Numbered from the stretch's first letter, positions 8,887-17,898 are shown. The stretch: 64,000 nt of DNA from Verrucomicrobiia bacterium (GCA_035294005.1 DATGLT010000294.1:2238-66237); one strand, 5' to 3'. Made by a program: numbers and translations. Notes: generated from the sequence alone by a model not told the origin.

Positions 8887-9771
8887 ATGGCTTCCGAGGA
8901 GACCCCCAAGCTGCGGATGGCTTCGCCCGAACCGATGGAGGCCACAGCGCAGCGCATCGAGCGTGAAAAGCGCTCCTCGAACTTGCAACGTGAATCGAAC
9001 CTGGAACATTCCCTGGCTCCGTTCCGTGTCGGATCGGTTGGCTACCTGAATGCCGTGCCGCTCACCCGCGGCCTTGAAGAGGAGGTGCTGTTTGCGACCC
9101 CCTCGAAGCTTGCCGAACTGCTGCGGGTCGACCAATTGGACGCCGGCCTGGTCAGCGTGGTCGAGGTTTTGTTTACTGACCGCTACGATATTCTCGACAG
9201 CATTGCCATCGCCTCGTTGGGTGAAGTCAAAAGCGTTCTTTTGGCGCATCGCCGTCCCTTGGAAGAGGCGTCTGAAATCTATTGCGATGCGGCTTCCCTG
9301 ACCAGTGTGGAACTGCTCCGTGTTCTGCTGGCTGAGCGCGGAGTTAAACCAGACTTCAAGCCGCTCGAAAGTTACGACTTCAAAGCGCTGCCGGATTACG
9401 CCCTGCTCATAGGCGATCGCGCGTTGGACCTGTTGTTGGGACCGCATGAGCACCAAATCTGGGATTTGGGCGCCGCGTGGTACGAACTGACCGGGCTCCC
9501 ATTTGTGTATGCTGTGTGGGCGCTGCGCCGCGGGATTGAAAACTCAGCCCTCAAACGGCATTTGCGCGAAGCCCGCGATTTCGGGCTCGACACCCTCGAT
9601 TCGATTATCCGGACTCGCAGCGAGTACACGCTGGACTTCCGCCAGGATTACCTCGGCTGGCACATCCATTTTCATCTCGGCACCGACGAAAAGCGGGGTC
9701 TGCAGAAGTTCATTGAACTGCTGCGGAAGCATACGGATCGGAAAGTGTACGAGCCTCGATTTGTTGTTTGA
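8887..9771 (+). CDS. mqnA: Chorismate dehydratase MqnA (futalosine pathway)
   Basis: FRVGSVGYLNAVPLTRGL N-terminal signature and ...PFVYAVWALRR. Located 9 nt after the radical-SAM gene. The true start may lie downstream of 8887, because ~45 non-conserved codons precede the motif. Confidence 0.7.
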   Translation: MASEETPKLRMASPEPMEATAQRIEREKRSSNLQRESNLEHSLAPFRVGSVGYLNAVPLTRGLEEEVLFATPSKLAELLRVDQLDAGLVSVVEVLFTDRYDILDSIAIASLGEVKSVLLAHRRPLEEASEIYCDAASLTSVELLRVLLAERGVKPDFKPLESYDFKALPDYALLIGDRALDLLLGPHEHQIWDLGAAWYELTGLPFVYAVWALRRGIENSALKRHLREARDFGLDTLDSIIRTRSEYTLDFRQDYLGWHIHFHLGTDEKRGLQKFIELLRKHTDRKVYEPRFVV

Positions 9772-9772
9772 T

Positions 9773-10531
9773 TCATCCTCCGGCCCTCAGCTTTTCCAGC
9801 ACTTCCGGGTCGCGAACATCCACCCACCGGCCTTCGATTTCCAGCCCGGCGATTTTGTTTCCGGCATGGACCATTCCGCTAATCGCATCCGTTAACTCGT
9901 ATTCTCCCCGGGGCGACTTTTGCAGCTTCGATATAAAATCGTAGACGACCGGCTTGAAAATGTAGATCCCGGCGTTGTACCAAACAGGCTGGCCTTCTTT
10001 GAGCAAACCTTCACGGCGCAACGCTTCCAGTTGATCCTTCGAGGGTTTCTCGACCACTCGCTCGAGGCAAAAATTCGCGTCGAAGAAGTTCAAGCCGCCT
10101 TTGGTGACATCCTCTCCACGGGTCACGGTGATCACCCCGGAAACATCGCCCTGCATATAGCGTTCGATCATTTTCCGGTAGGTTTCGGGCTTGACCAGGA
10201 TATCTCCGTAGGTCAGGAGAAACGCCGAATTTCCCACGAATTCCCTCGCCGGCAGGGGCGCGCGGCCGGTGCCGTCCTGCACGGTCTGGCGGCCATACGC
10301 GATGCCCGCATTCCATTTCGAACCGTCCCCAAAATAGTTCTCGATGACCTCGGCGCGGAACCCGGTCACGATGAAATATTCGCGGATTCCCGCTGAGAGA
10401 ACTCCCTGCAAAATGTGTTCGAGAATCGGCTTGTCCTCGACTTTCAGCATCGGTTTGGGCACCTCGTTTGTGAGGTCTCGCATTCGGGTGCCTTTTCCCG
10501 CCGCAAGAATCACTGCTTTGATGTCTTTCAT
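9773..10531 (-). CDS. Sugar-phosphate nucleotidyltransferase (NTP_transferase family)
   Basis: MKDIKAVILAAGKGTRM Gly-rich loop at the relocated ATG 10531. The track start 10753 would overlap the upstream gene by 130 nt. Confidence 0.8.
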   Translation of the reverse strand: MKDIKAVILAAGKGTRMRDLTNEVPKPMLKVEDKPILEHILQGVLSAGIREYFIVTGFRAEVIENYFGDGSKWNAGIAYGRQTVQDGTGRAPLPAREFVGNSAFLLTYGDILVKPETYRKMIERYMQGDVSGVITVTRGEDVTKGGLNFFDANFCLERVVEKPSKDQLEALRREGLLKEGQPVWYNAGIYIFKPVVYDFISKLQKSPRGEYELTDAISGMVHAGNKIAGLEIEGRWVDVRDPEVLEKLRAGG

Positions 10532-10622
10532 TTTTACAATGTCTGCTGTCACTCCGTTCGAACGCCGCACTGCCTGCGCGCCCCGCGCGGTTCCGTGAAT
10601 CCAGGGCGTCCTTCCAGGGATG

Positions 10623-11423
10623 TCATAGTTCAACCACCGCCTGCCGGCGCTTGTCAAAACGGAGGCACCGGCGGTAGCCGGCTCGCCGCGCCATCTCGAC
10701 GGCTTCGGTGAGGTTAAGTCCGACCTCGCCGGGAGCATGGGCATCCGAGCCAAACGTTATCGGCACATCGCCCTCGAACGCGAGCTTGAGGAAGCCCGCC
10801 GACGGATATATCTCCCGGCACTCCTTGCGCAGCCCGGCGGTGTTCAACTCGATGGCAACTTCGTTGCTCCGCGCTGCCTGGAGAAAACGCCTGAACAGGG
10901 GGTCACAGTTTTGTGCCGGGTAAAAGCAGAATTTTTTGCACAAATCCGCATGGCCAATGATATCGAACAATCTCGATTCGGCCGCCATCGTCAGCCGCTC
11001 GAAATAAGCGTTCCACACCTCGAACGGGTCGCGTTTCTTCCATTCGGACAATTGCATCGGGTTATCCAGCGCCCAGGTCTCGGAAACGTAATGGACCGAT
11101 CCGATGAAGTAATCCCAGGGATGCTTTCGCGCAAGGTCGCGGATCCAATCTTCGTACCCGGGCAGGTAATCCACTTCCAACCCGATTTTGATGGAAAGTT
11201 CCGGATACCGTTTTCGGGCGAGTTCAACCTTCTCAATGTATTGGTCGAGTTCAGACGCCTTCATTCGCCAATCGTCGAAATCGTCCTCAGGCATCGGGCT
11301 GTGATCGCTGAAGCCAAGCTCGGGCAGGCCAAGACGGATTGCCTGGGCAGCCAGGTCAATTGGCTCACCCTGGGCATGCCGGCAAAGGGGCGTATGGGTG
11401 TGATAATCAGCGGGGAGGTTCAA
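10623..11423 (-). CDS. Histidinol-phosphatase, PHP (HisJ) family
   Basis: MNLPADYHTHTPLCRHA metal-binding start; ...GSVHYV...GHADL...FGSDAH. Confidence 0.8.
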   Translation of the reverse strand: MNLPADYHTHTPLCRHAQGEPIDLAAQAIRLGLPELGFSDHSPMPEDDFDDWRMKASELDQYIEKVELARKRYPELSIKIGLEVDYLPGYEDWIRDLARKHPWDYFIGSVHYVSETWALDNPMQLSEWKKRDPFEVWNAYFERLTMAAESRLFDIIGHADLCKKFCFYPAQNCDPLFRRFLQAARSNEVAIELNTAGLRKECREIYPSAGFLKLAFEGDVPITFGSDAHAPGEVGLNLTEAVEMARRAGYRRCLRFDKRRQAVVEL

Positions 11424-11502
11424 GAGGCGAAGAGTTGACGATGGTCAGAAGCCGACTGCAAGCCCGCGATCTGTGGGTGGTGCGGATTTGTCGAGACGAT
11501 CC

Positions 11503-11545
11503 ATAAAAAAACCGGGCCGGCGTGTGTTAAATCACGCTGGCCCGG
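11503..11545 (-). terminator. Rho-independent terminator after the small lipoprotein gene
   Basis: Read on the minus strand: an 11-bp stem (ccgggccagcg / cgccggcccgg, one G-U pair, 11512-11545) followed by a 7-nt U run (A run 11505-11511 on the + strand). Confidence 0.65.
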
Positions 11546-11581
11546 AGCAAACAGCCGAAGTTCGACTGAATAAACCGTGCG

Positions 11582-11929
11582 CTATTGTGCCGGCGTTGCA
11601 GCCGGAGCTGCATTAGCCAGCTTCTTTACCTCGTCAATGACAAGGCTGACGACTTTTTTCTGGTCCTCGGTCACGCTCGGGTCATTGGCGAGCTTATCCA
11701 GGGCCATGAGGGCATCCTCGTACTTCGTGTATCGGATATTGAACCCAACCTGTGTGACCGTGGTTCGTATTTCCTGGCTTGAGTTGGCGAACGCCTCGTT
11801 GAGCTTTGGCAGGTCAACAGTAACTCCGTTGACTTGCGCAGCCGCAGGAACATCGCTGGGCTTTTTGCACCCCGCTCCCGCCAGGATCGCGGCACAAGCC
11901 AAGCTGACCACCAGGATACTTTTTTTCAT
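11582..11929 (-). CDS. Small lipoprotein, unknown function
   Basis: Lipobox MKKSILVVSLACAAILAGAGC. Located 29 nt downstream of the DUF1559 gene and followed by a terminator. Confidence 0.6.
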   Translation of the reverse strand: MKKSILVVSLACAAILAGAGCKKPSDVPAAAQVNGVTVDLPKLNEAFANSSQEIRTTVTQVGFNIRYTKYEDALMALDKLANDPSVTEDQKKVVSLVIDEVKKLANAAPAATPAQ

Positions 11930-11958
11930 AGGTTGAGTTTTTTTGTCGGAACAGCGAG

Positions 11959-12924
11959 TTACTTGATTCTCGCCGAAGACATGGAGGCGAGCCAGGTAAA
12001 ATCCGCCATGTCAAGCGGACTGCTCCGATTGACATTGGGGTGGTTTGCTGCGGTCCAGAGGATGCCGCCGCCCTTCCATTTATGCAGTTCCGCATGGCCA
12101 TCACAAAATGAAAACGCACAGCCACCGTTGTGTGCGGAGGAAGGATAATCAATATACGTGGGATTGCCGACATTAGCGCAGGTGGCCAAGCCAGCGTCAT
12201 TGATGCTGAATTGGTTCTCGTCGGCCATCATGAATACCTGGGCCGGGCTGGTTCCGCGAAAGCTGCTCGATTTGCCAAATGTGGCGTACGGACCGCTTGA
12301 GGCATTATTCTGCCCATATGACCCAGTGAGCCAGGGGCCATTGGTTGCCTGCTTGGGCACGCCGCTATGACCGCCACCTCCGGCATATTGGGGATCAACA
12401 GTCCCCACTGCCTGATTCATGGAAACACTGCGCGCCACGTTCACTATCTGCCCGACCAATGGGGAGTTCGGGTAAAGCCCGGCTCCATCGTACTTGGCAG
12501 GTTTGCGAGTATCGGCGGGGCAACGGAAAATGTTGACGTTATTTCCGATGTATGGCGCAACCAAGGTACGCAGCGGATCCTTCAGCAAATCGGGGTCGTA
12601 CTCATCGGCGCCTCCGATGCCACCCTGGCCTGCGCACCAAACGTATCCCGCTTGAGTCGTACCGTCATCCGGGTTTGGGGGATAAAGATCGTTAAAATCC
12701 AATGTGTAAGTGTTGAACGCGAGCGAAAGCTGCTTCGCGTCATTGAGGCATTGGGTCTGTTGGGCTTTGGCTTTTGCTTTGGACAAAGCCGGCAGCAGCA
12801 TTGCGGCCAGGATCGCGATAATGGCGATCACCACCAGCAACTCGATTAATGTAAACCCTTGTCGGTTTCCCGGGGTGGGCTCGGCACAAACTCCTGCCGA
12901 AGGCATCTTGTAATTCGTTTTCAT
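11959..12924 (-). CDS. Prepilin-type N-terminal cleavage/methylation protein, DUF1559 / H-X9-DG family
   Basis: [25 protein letters not shown] pseudopilin N-terminus. C-terminal [22 protein letters not shown] (H-x9-DG). Confidence 0.85.
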   Translation of the reverse strand: MKTNYKMPSAGVCAEPTPGNRQGFTLIELLVVIAIIAILAAMLLPALSKAKAKAQQTQCLNDAKQLSLAFNTYTLDFNDLYPPNPDDGTTQAGYVWCAGQGGIGGADEYDPDLLKDPLRTLVAPYIGNNVNIFRCPADTRKPAKYDGAGLYPNSPLVGQIVNVARSVSMNQAVGTVDPQYAGGGGHSGVPKQATNGPWLTGSYGQNNASSGPYATFGKSSSFRGTSPAQVFMMADENQFSINDAGLATCANVGNPTYIDYPSSAHNGGCAFSFCDGHAELHKWKGGGILWTAANHPNVNRSSPLDMADFTWLASMSSARIK

Positions 12925-13266
12925 AGCACACTGTTACTAACTGACGGACTTTTCACGCCCCCGTGCAACCGGGAATCTGTTTCACTGTATGCAAATCTAG
13001 CTTTCAGCGCAATGCTCGTAAAGAAAATTCTTCCTGGAATGGCACACCGTCCTGTTCCGATTTGGTACACCCGGGGAGACTCCCGTGAAGGCCCAAGGAC
13101 GCAAAGAGAAAGGGGACAGTTTAGCCACGGAATCCGCCGATTCTTAGAGTCTATGCGCCTTTGCCTGGGCCCTCTCTGGCGTTTTGGCGCCCGTACCGGG
13201 GGTTTTTGTCGGCAATCCTGCTTTTTACTCATGAAAGGCATGAAATCTGCCTAAGTGTAGCGGTTT

Positions 13267-14733
13267 ATGAGTCACCTGTACGTTGCCTGCGAGTTGGGCG
13301 TGGAAAAGGGCCGCATCTTCCTGGGATCTTTGCAGAATGACAAGCTCACGGTCAGCGGGGCCGGCGAATTCCCCGACCCGGTGGTTTCGATCGACGGCAC
13401 CCCGCAGTGGGACGTGTCACGGGTTTATCAACAGGTTCTTGCCGGCCTGCATGGAATCGTTGTCCAGGAAGAACCGGTTCGCGGGCTCAGCTTCTACTCC
13501 GGGGTAACGGATTTTCTCCTTTTCGAAACCGACGGCTCCGTGCTTACTCCCGCCACGCGCCTGCGCGAATCCGACGCCGCCGCCGAATTCAAAAAGATTT
13601 TGTCGCAGGTCCCGGCATCGGAGCTCTATGCCGAAACCGGCGTTCAGCCGATGCCCGGTGGCGCGCTTTGCCAGTTGGCCCGGGAATCATCCAGGCGGAT
13701 TAAGCGCGCCGCGCACGCCCTGTCTTTGCCTGAAAGCTTTAACTTTCTTTTCTCGGGCGTTGCGCGCGGTGAGAATTCGCAGGCCAGTTTGTCTCAGCTC
13801 TACAGTCCTTTGGCCAGGAATTGGTCCGAGCGTTTGCTCAACGTGGCAGGCGTGCCGCGAAAGATTTTGCCCGAACTCGTGCCCGCCAGCACCGTGCTGG
13901 CCCCGGTGCGCGATGACATCGCCCACCAGCACGGCCTCGAAGACGCCAAGGTCGTTGCCACCTGCGGTTTCGATCTGGCCGCCGCCCTGGCTCCCATCGC
14001 GATCTCGGACCAGGATAATTGGGCCTTCCTGTGCCCTGACCAATCCTCGATTATGGGCACGATTTTCCAGGAGGCCTACATCGACGACATCAGTCGTGAG
14101 ATGAACTACTCCAACCTCCTGGGGTATGCGGATTCGGCCGCGTTTTACAAAACCTGGACGGGCCTCAAGCTGATTGAAGATTGCCGGCGAACGTGGTCCA
14201 ACCAGGATCGCGCTCTGGACACCGAAGTGTTGATGCACCTGGCGACCTCGGCGCCAGCGTTCGAAGCCCTGATTGACCCGGGCGACCCGCGCTTCGCTTC
14301 GGCCGAAGACCTGCCCCAGGCAATTCAGGCATTTTGCAGAGAAACCGGCCAGGAAGCGCCTCGCAAACCGGGCCCGGTCCTGCGCTGTTTGTTGGAGAGT
14401 CTTGCCTTGCATTACCGCAAAGGATTGGTCGAGTTGGAATACCTGACCAACGGCACGTTCAGCCGTCTGTATGTGCTCGGAGGCAAGTCCAATCTTCTTT
14501 TGAACCATTTCCTGGCGAACGCGCTCCAGATACCGGTCGTGGTTGTTCCGGCCGAGATCGCGGCCCTGGGCAACGTGTTGCTGCAGGCAATGGCGTTGGG
14601 CCAGGTTCCCTCGGTCGAACACGCCGCCAGCCTTGTCCACCATTCGTTGAAGGTTCAAACGATCCATCCCCACGCCACCGCCTGGACCGAAGCCTACGAC
14701 CGGTTCCTCGGCCTGACACCCGTTCATCCGTAG
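13267..14733 (+). CDS. FGGY-family carbohydrate kinase, rhamnulokinase-like
   Basis: IDPGDPRFASAEDLPQAIQAFCRETGQEAP...LLESLALHYRKGL...YVLGGKSNLLLNHFLANALQIPVV parallels RhaB as I remember it. The N-terminal motif is ACELGVEKGR. Confidence 0.7.
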   Translation: MSHLYVACELGVEKGRIFLGSLQNDKLTVSGAGEFPDPVVSIDGTPQWDVSRVYQQVLAGLHGIVVQEEPVRGLSFYSGVTDFLLFETDGSVLTPATRLRESDAAAEFKKILSQVPASELYAETGVQPMPGGALCQLARESSRRIKRAAHALSLPESFNFLFSGVARGENSQASLSQLYSPLARNWSERLLNVAGVPRKILPELVPASTVLAPVRDDIAHQHGLEDAKVVATCGFDLAAALAPIAISDQDNWAFLCPDQSSIMGTIFQEAYIDDISREMNYSNLLGYADSAAFYKTWTGLKLIEDCRRTWSNQDRALDTEVLMHLATSAPAFEALIDPGDPRFASAEDLPQAIQAFCRETGQEAPRKPGPVLRCLLESLALHYRKGLVELEYLTNGTFSRLYVLGGKSNLLLNHFLANALQIPVVVVPAEIAALGNVLLQAMALGQVPSVEHAASLVHHSLKVQTIHPHATAWTEAYDRFLGLTPVHP

Positions 14734-14981
14734 TGGCGAGAGGCCGAGCAGGGCCTTGAACGCCTGGTGCTATCACATATGAACCACGGCGGGATGCGAA
14801 TGCAGCGGGATCGGCACGGTCTCGACACCCCGAAGCGAGCCAGCGGTTGAGCCGCGAGCTGTGGGAATTACGGAAAGGGCGGTCCCCGACGCAGGGCGGC
14901 ACAGCGTTCGCCTGATTAGCCCGCAGCCAAGCGCGGCCATGGCTTGCCTCGTGCGGTCCAGAGGCTTAGGATGATGTCAGT

Positions 14982-15215
14982 ATGACAGGCGATATTCGCA
15001 AACTTGTCCATGCGACTCCGTTTGTCCCGTTTACGATCCACCTCGCTGACGGCGGGCAGTTGCGGGTTCCGGCCGTTGATCACATCGCCGTCCCACCCGC
15101 CGGGGGGAGGATTTTTGTGTTCGGCGATGACGAGCGCTACGACGTCATCTCTGCGCTGATGGTCACCCGACTCACTGTGAACGGGGAGTCGTCAGGTTCC
15201 TCTCAGCCCCGGTGA
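14982..15215 (+). CDS. Hypothetical 77-aa protein
   Basis: ATG preceded by aggatgatg. No recognisable motif. It is the only plausible ORF in a 1.07-kb gap. Confidence 0.35.
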   Translation: MTGDIRKLVHATPFVPFTIHLADGGQLRVPAVDHIAVPPAGGRIFVFGDDERYDVISALMVTRLTVNGESSGSSQPR

Positions 15216-15808
15216 AATGGCCGAAGGCGATCCAGCGGACGCATGTCGCCGACGCCTGCAGTTAGTTAGTACCAGGCCTGCGAACCTTGGGCTGGGCGAG
15301 GATTTCTTGCGCTGCAGTCGAGGCGTGCGCACTCACTATACAGCGCCATCCCCAGTCGCAATCCACGTCAGCGCCCCATTGCTGCACTGGACCTTGGGGC
15401 TCGTGTGCCGCACTTAACTTAGCGGCGTCTCGGCAGAGCGCCGCACTTTGGTCCCCAACGCATCGGAGCCGAAGGGGTTAAACCGGACCGCCGAGCAGTG
15501 CGTCTGGGTCTCGCAAGCGGGCTCTGCTCCAATGGTGAGTTCGTTGCCTTCCACCGAAATCTCAAGCCTTCCCTTTCCTGGTTAAAGTGGGATCAAATTT
15601 CAAAACCGACACGCGCCTTTTCACCACGTTTTTGAGATGGGCGTTTTGCCCCGCAATGCGACACAACTCCAAAACGATTTCCGAGGCTGGAACCGCTATC
15701 GAGAGAACCGATAGTGAACAAATTTTATCGATTAACGCTGACGCGGGTCGTCGCGGTAAGGTCCGGGTGCAATCAGGAAACATTAACGTAACAAACACTT
15801 TGACTACT

Positions 15809-16408
15809 ATGGCAAAACTCCTGTGCAAAACCTCGGGGACGGAATTTCGAGCTGCGGAACTCAAGCCCGGCGTCAACCGGCTTGGCCGCTCGCCTGAAAA
15901 CGACCTTCATCTCAATCACCTTTCGGTCTCGTCCAACCACTGCGAAATCATCCTGGATTGCAGCCGGGTTTCGGTGCGCGACTGCGGTTCAACCAATGGA
16001 ACGTTCCTGGATGGTAACCCCGTGCGGGAGGCGGTGTTGCTGGCGGGCCAAACGTTGCGCGTCGGGGAGGTCGAGTTGCTGGTCGTCGACACTCAGCCGT
16101 CGGTAACAATTCCAAGATTTGACTGCCGAATTGGAGCGGTGCCGGCGCTTCTTCCACACGGGGGATTGTCTTGCCGGCACCATCGGGGCAATGAACTGGT
16201 CTATTCATGCCAACATTGCGGCGAACTCTTGTGTGAACATTGCATTCACCTGCTGCGCCGCCGCGGAGGGAAGCTCTTGCGGCTTTGCCCCCGTTGCAGT
16301 TATCCCGTTGAATTGATTGGAGGGCAAAAGCAGGTCAAAAAGTCGTTTCTGAAGCGGTTGTTTGAAACGACGCGCATGTTCTTCTCCCACCGGACGACGC
16401 GCAACTAA
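15809..16408 (+). CDS. FHA-domain protein with a C-terminal Cys-rich zinc-ribbon/B-box-like module
   Basis: Start moved to ATG 15809. FHA core GRSPENDLHLNHLSVSSNHCEI...STNGTFLDGNPV. The tail is C-x11-C-x2-C-x4-C-x2-C-x14-C-x2-C. Confidence 0.75.
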   Translation: MAKLLCKTSGTEFRAAELKPGVNRLGRSPENDLHLNHLSVSSNHCEIILDCSRVSVRDCGSTNGTFLDGNPVREAVLLAGQTLRVGEVELLVVDTQPSVTIPRFDCRIGAVPALLPHGGLSCRHHRGNELVYSCQHCGELLCEHCIHLLRRRGGKLLRLCPRCSYPVELIGGQKQVKKSFLKRLFETTRMFFSHRTTRN

Positions 16409-16428
16409 TACGAATGCATCCCTCTCAG

Positions 16429-17898
16429 CTACCAAATTGTTCTCATCGGCCAGGCTTTCGCGAGCTTCAGGGTGGCCCGGCCGCCCTCGGAGCGAACCAG
16501 CAACTCCGAGTCGGCAGCCAACGGTGAGATTGTTTTCGTCACCCATTCTTTTTCATTGGCCACAACCTCGAGAACGGAGCGGTCCACAAAAATCCTGAGC
16601 TCGCCATTCTTTCCATGCCCGCGAAGCCAGCGCGCCGGTGCGGTTTCCTTCCCCACGGTGAGTCCCTCCGGCCCACAGTGGATTGTGACTGGGCTTGATT
16701 CGGCTGCACGGGGTTTGAGCTCGATGACCAGTGCTTTCGCGTTTCCAAAATCAAGGTTCAGGAGAATCTCAAGGCTGCCCGCACCTGGCAAAGACAGCCT
16801 TTGCGCGCTGTCTGCCAACGCGAGGTTTCGCCAGGCCGCTTGCGGGCCGCGGAGCGCTGCTAACTCAGGCGCGGGGCGTTGCCGCAGCTCGCCGTCAGGA
16901 TCGATGCTCAGACGCCTTGGCAAGGACAGGCAACCGTTCCAGCCGTGGCCGCCGGGAAACCCGTTGATCCAGCCCCAGGTGATGCGGTTGCCGTTGTCCA
17001 ACAGCATGGTATTGGGCGCGTAGAAATTGGGGCCGTAATCGACGAGACCTTGCTTGCGCTGGGTGAACCGGCACGATTTCAAATCAAAATCTCCGATGAA
17101 GTATTGCACTTTGCCGTAGGGCGAAACGAACAGCACCCACTGGTTGCCGAGCCGGAAGAAATTCGGACATTCCGCCGTGGGCGCGTCCGGAATTTTGAAC
17201 AGGACTCCTTGATACCGCCATTGAGTTAACTCGCGATTTTGGGCCTCATAAATATTGACCGCGGCTTCTCCTTGCCTGGCGATGTGCCCGCCGGTAACCA
17301 GAAAAGTTCTGCCGGCCTCGTGAAACACGAATGGGTCCCTCCAATCATAAATTTTTTTGTCACCGTGCAGCGCTTCTGAAAGGACGGGATTAGCGGTTGA
17401 TCTTTGCCAGCGAATCAAATCCGTGTCGCCAACGGCCGCCCATTGCTCAGCATGGTCAAACGCGGATTTGCCGATTGCGATGCTGGTGTAGAAAATCATC
17501 GGCTGCCTCGCTCTGTTGAGGGTGCAACAGCCCGACCAGACTGCTTCCTCTCCCCGGTCGTTCAAAGGGGCGAGAGCGATCGGCAAGTGCTCCCACTTCG
17601 CAAGGTCGCGGCTCCTCACGTGGCCCCAGTATTTCGTCCCGTCTTTATCACTGTACGGGTGTAGTTGGTAAAACAGGTGGTAGTAACCATTGTGAAAGAT
17701 CGGGCCGTTCGGATCATTGATCCATTGGGCGGGCGCAGTGACGTGGAAAATCGGGTGGGCAGGGTCGGCTTGAGCCTGTGGGGTGGCTGCCTGAACGGCG
17801 GCCGCGGCGCGGGTCAAAGCTCCCTCACCGGTTTCGCCGTACGCGCCGATTGGGCTCAGAAATGCCGCCAGCAAGAGGAATCCGGGAGAACAGCGCAT
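16429..17898 (-). CDS. Glycoside hydrolase family 32 (fructan/sucrose hydrolase), exported
   Basis: WINDPNGPIFHNGYYHLFYQ, WRDPFVF and ECPNFF catalytic motifs. Start moved to ATG 17898, giving signal peptide MRCSPGFLLLAAFLSPIGAYG. Confidence 0.9.
   Translation of the reverse strand: MRCSPGFLLLAAFLSPIGAYGETGEGALTRAAAAVQAATPQAQADPAHPIFHVTAPAQWINDPNGPIFHNGYYHLFYQLHPYSDKDGTKYWGHVRSRDLAKWEHLPIALAPLNDRGEEAVWSGCCTLNRARQPMIFYTSIAIGKSAFDHAEQWAAVGDTDLIRWQRSTANPVLSEALHGDKKIYDWRDPFVFHEAGRTFLVTGGHIARQGEAAVNIYEAQNRELTQWRYQGVLFKIPDAPTAECPNFFRLGNQWVLFVSPYGKVQYFIGDFDLKSCRFTQRKQGLVDYGPNFYAPNTMLLDNGNRITWGWINGFPGGHGWNGCLSLPRRLSIDPDGELRQRPAPELAALRGPQAAWRNLALADSAQRLSLPGAGSLEILLNLDFGNAKALVIELKPRAAESSPVTIHCGPEGLTVGKETAPARWLRGHGKNGELRIFVDRSVLEVVANEKEWVTKTISPLAADSELLVRSEGGRATLKLAKAWPMRTIW

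Noticed and set aside
7705-9456. 583-aa minus-strand ORF spanning the mqn genes
   Set aside because: It lies entirely antisense to two genes with clear family motifs. Its translation is Arg/Gly/Gln-rich with no motif, which is typical of a shadow ORF in GC-rich DNA.
13040-13055. Sigma-54-like TGGCAC in the divergent region between the DUF1559 gene and the sugar kinase
   Set aside because: The -12 element is missing: TGGCAC-accgt-CCTGT instead of TGGCAC-N5-TTGCW.
12859-13254. ORFs of 131 aa (+) and 106 aa (-) in the 342-nt divergent intergenic region
   Set aside because: They overlap each other on opposite strands. They have no motif and no start context, and the region is better explained as two divergent promoters.
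13687-14727. 346-aa minus-strand ORF
   Set aside because: Antisense to the FGGY kinase. Arg/Gly-rich with no motif.
15420-15585. 56-codon open frame on the minus strand (..EISVEGNELTIGAEPACETQTHCSAVRFNPFG..)
   Set aside because: It has no ATG, only an internal GTG giving 47 aa, and no recognisable family. I kept it only as a possible gene relic in the coding-desert finding.
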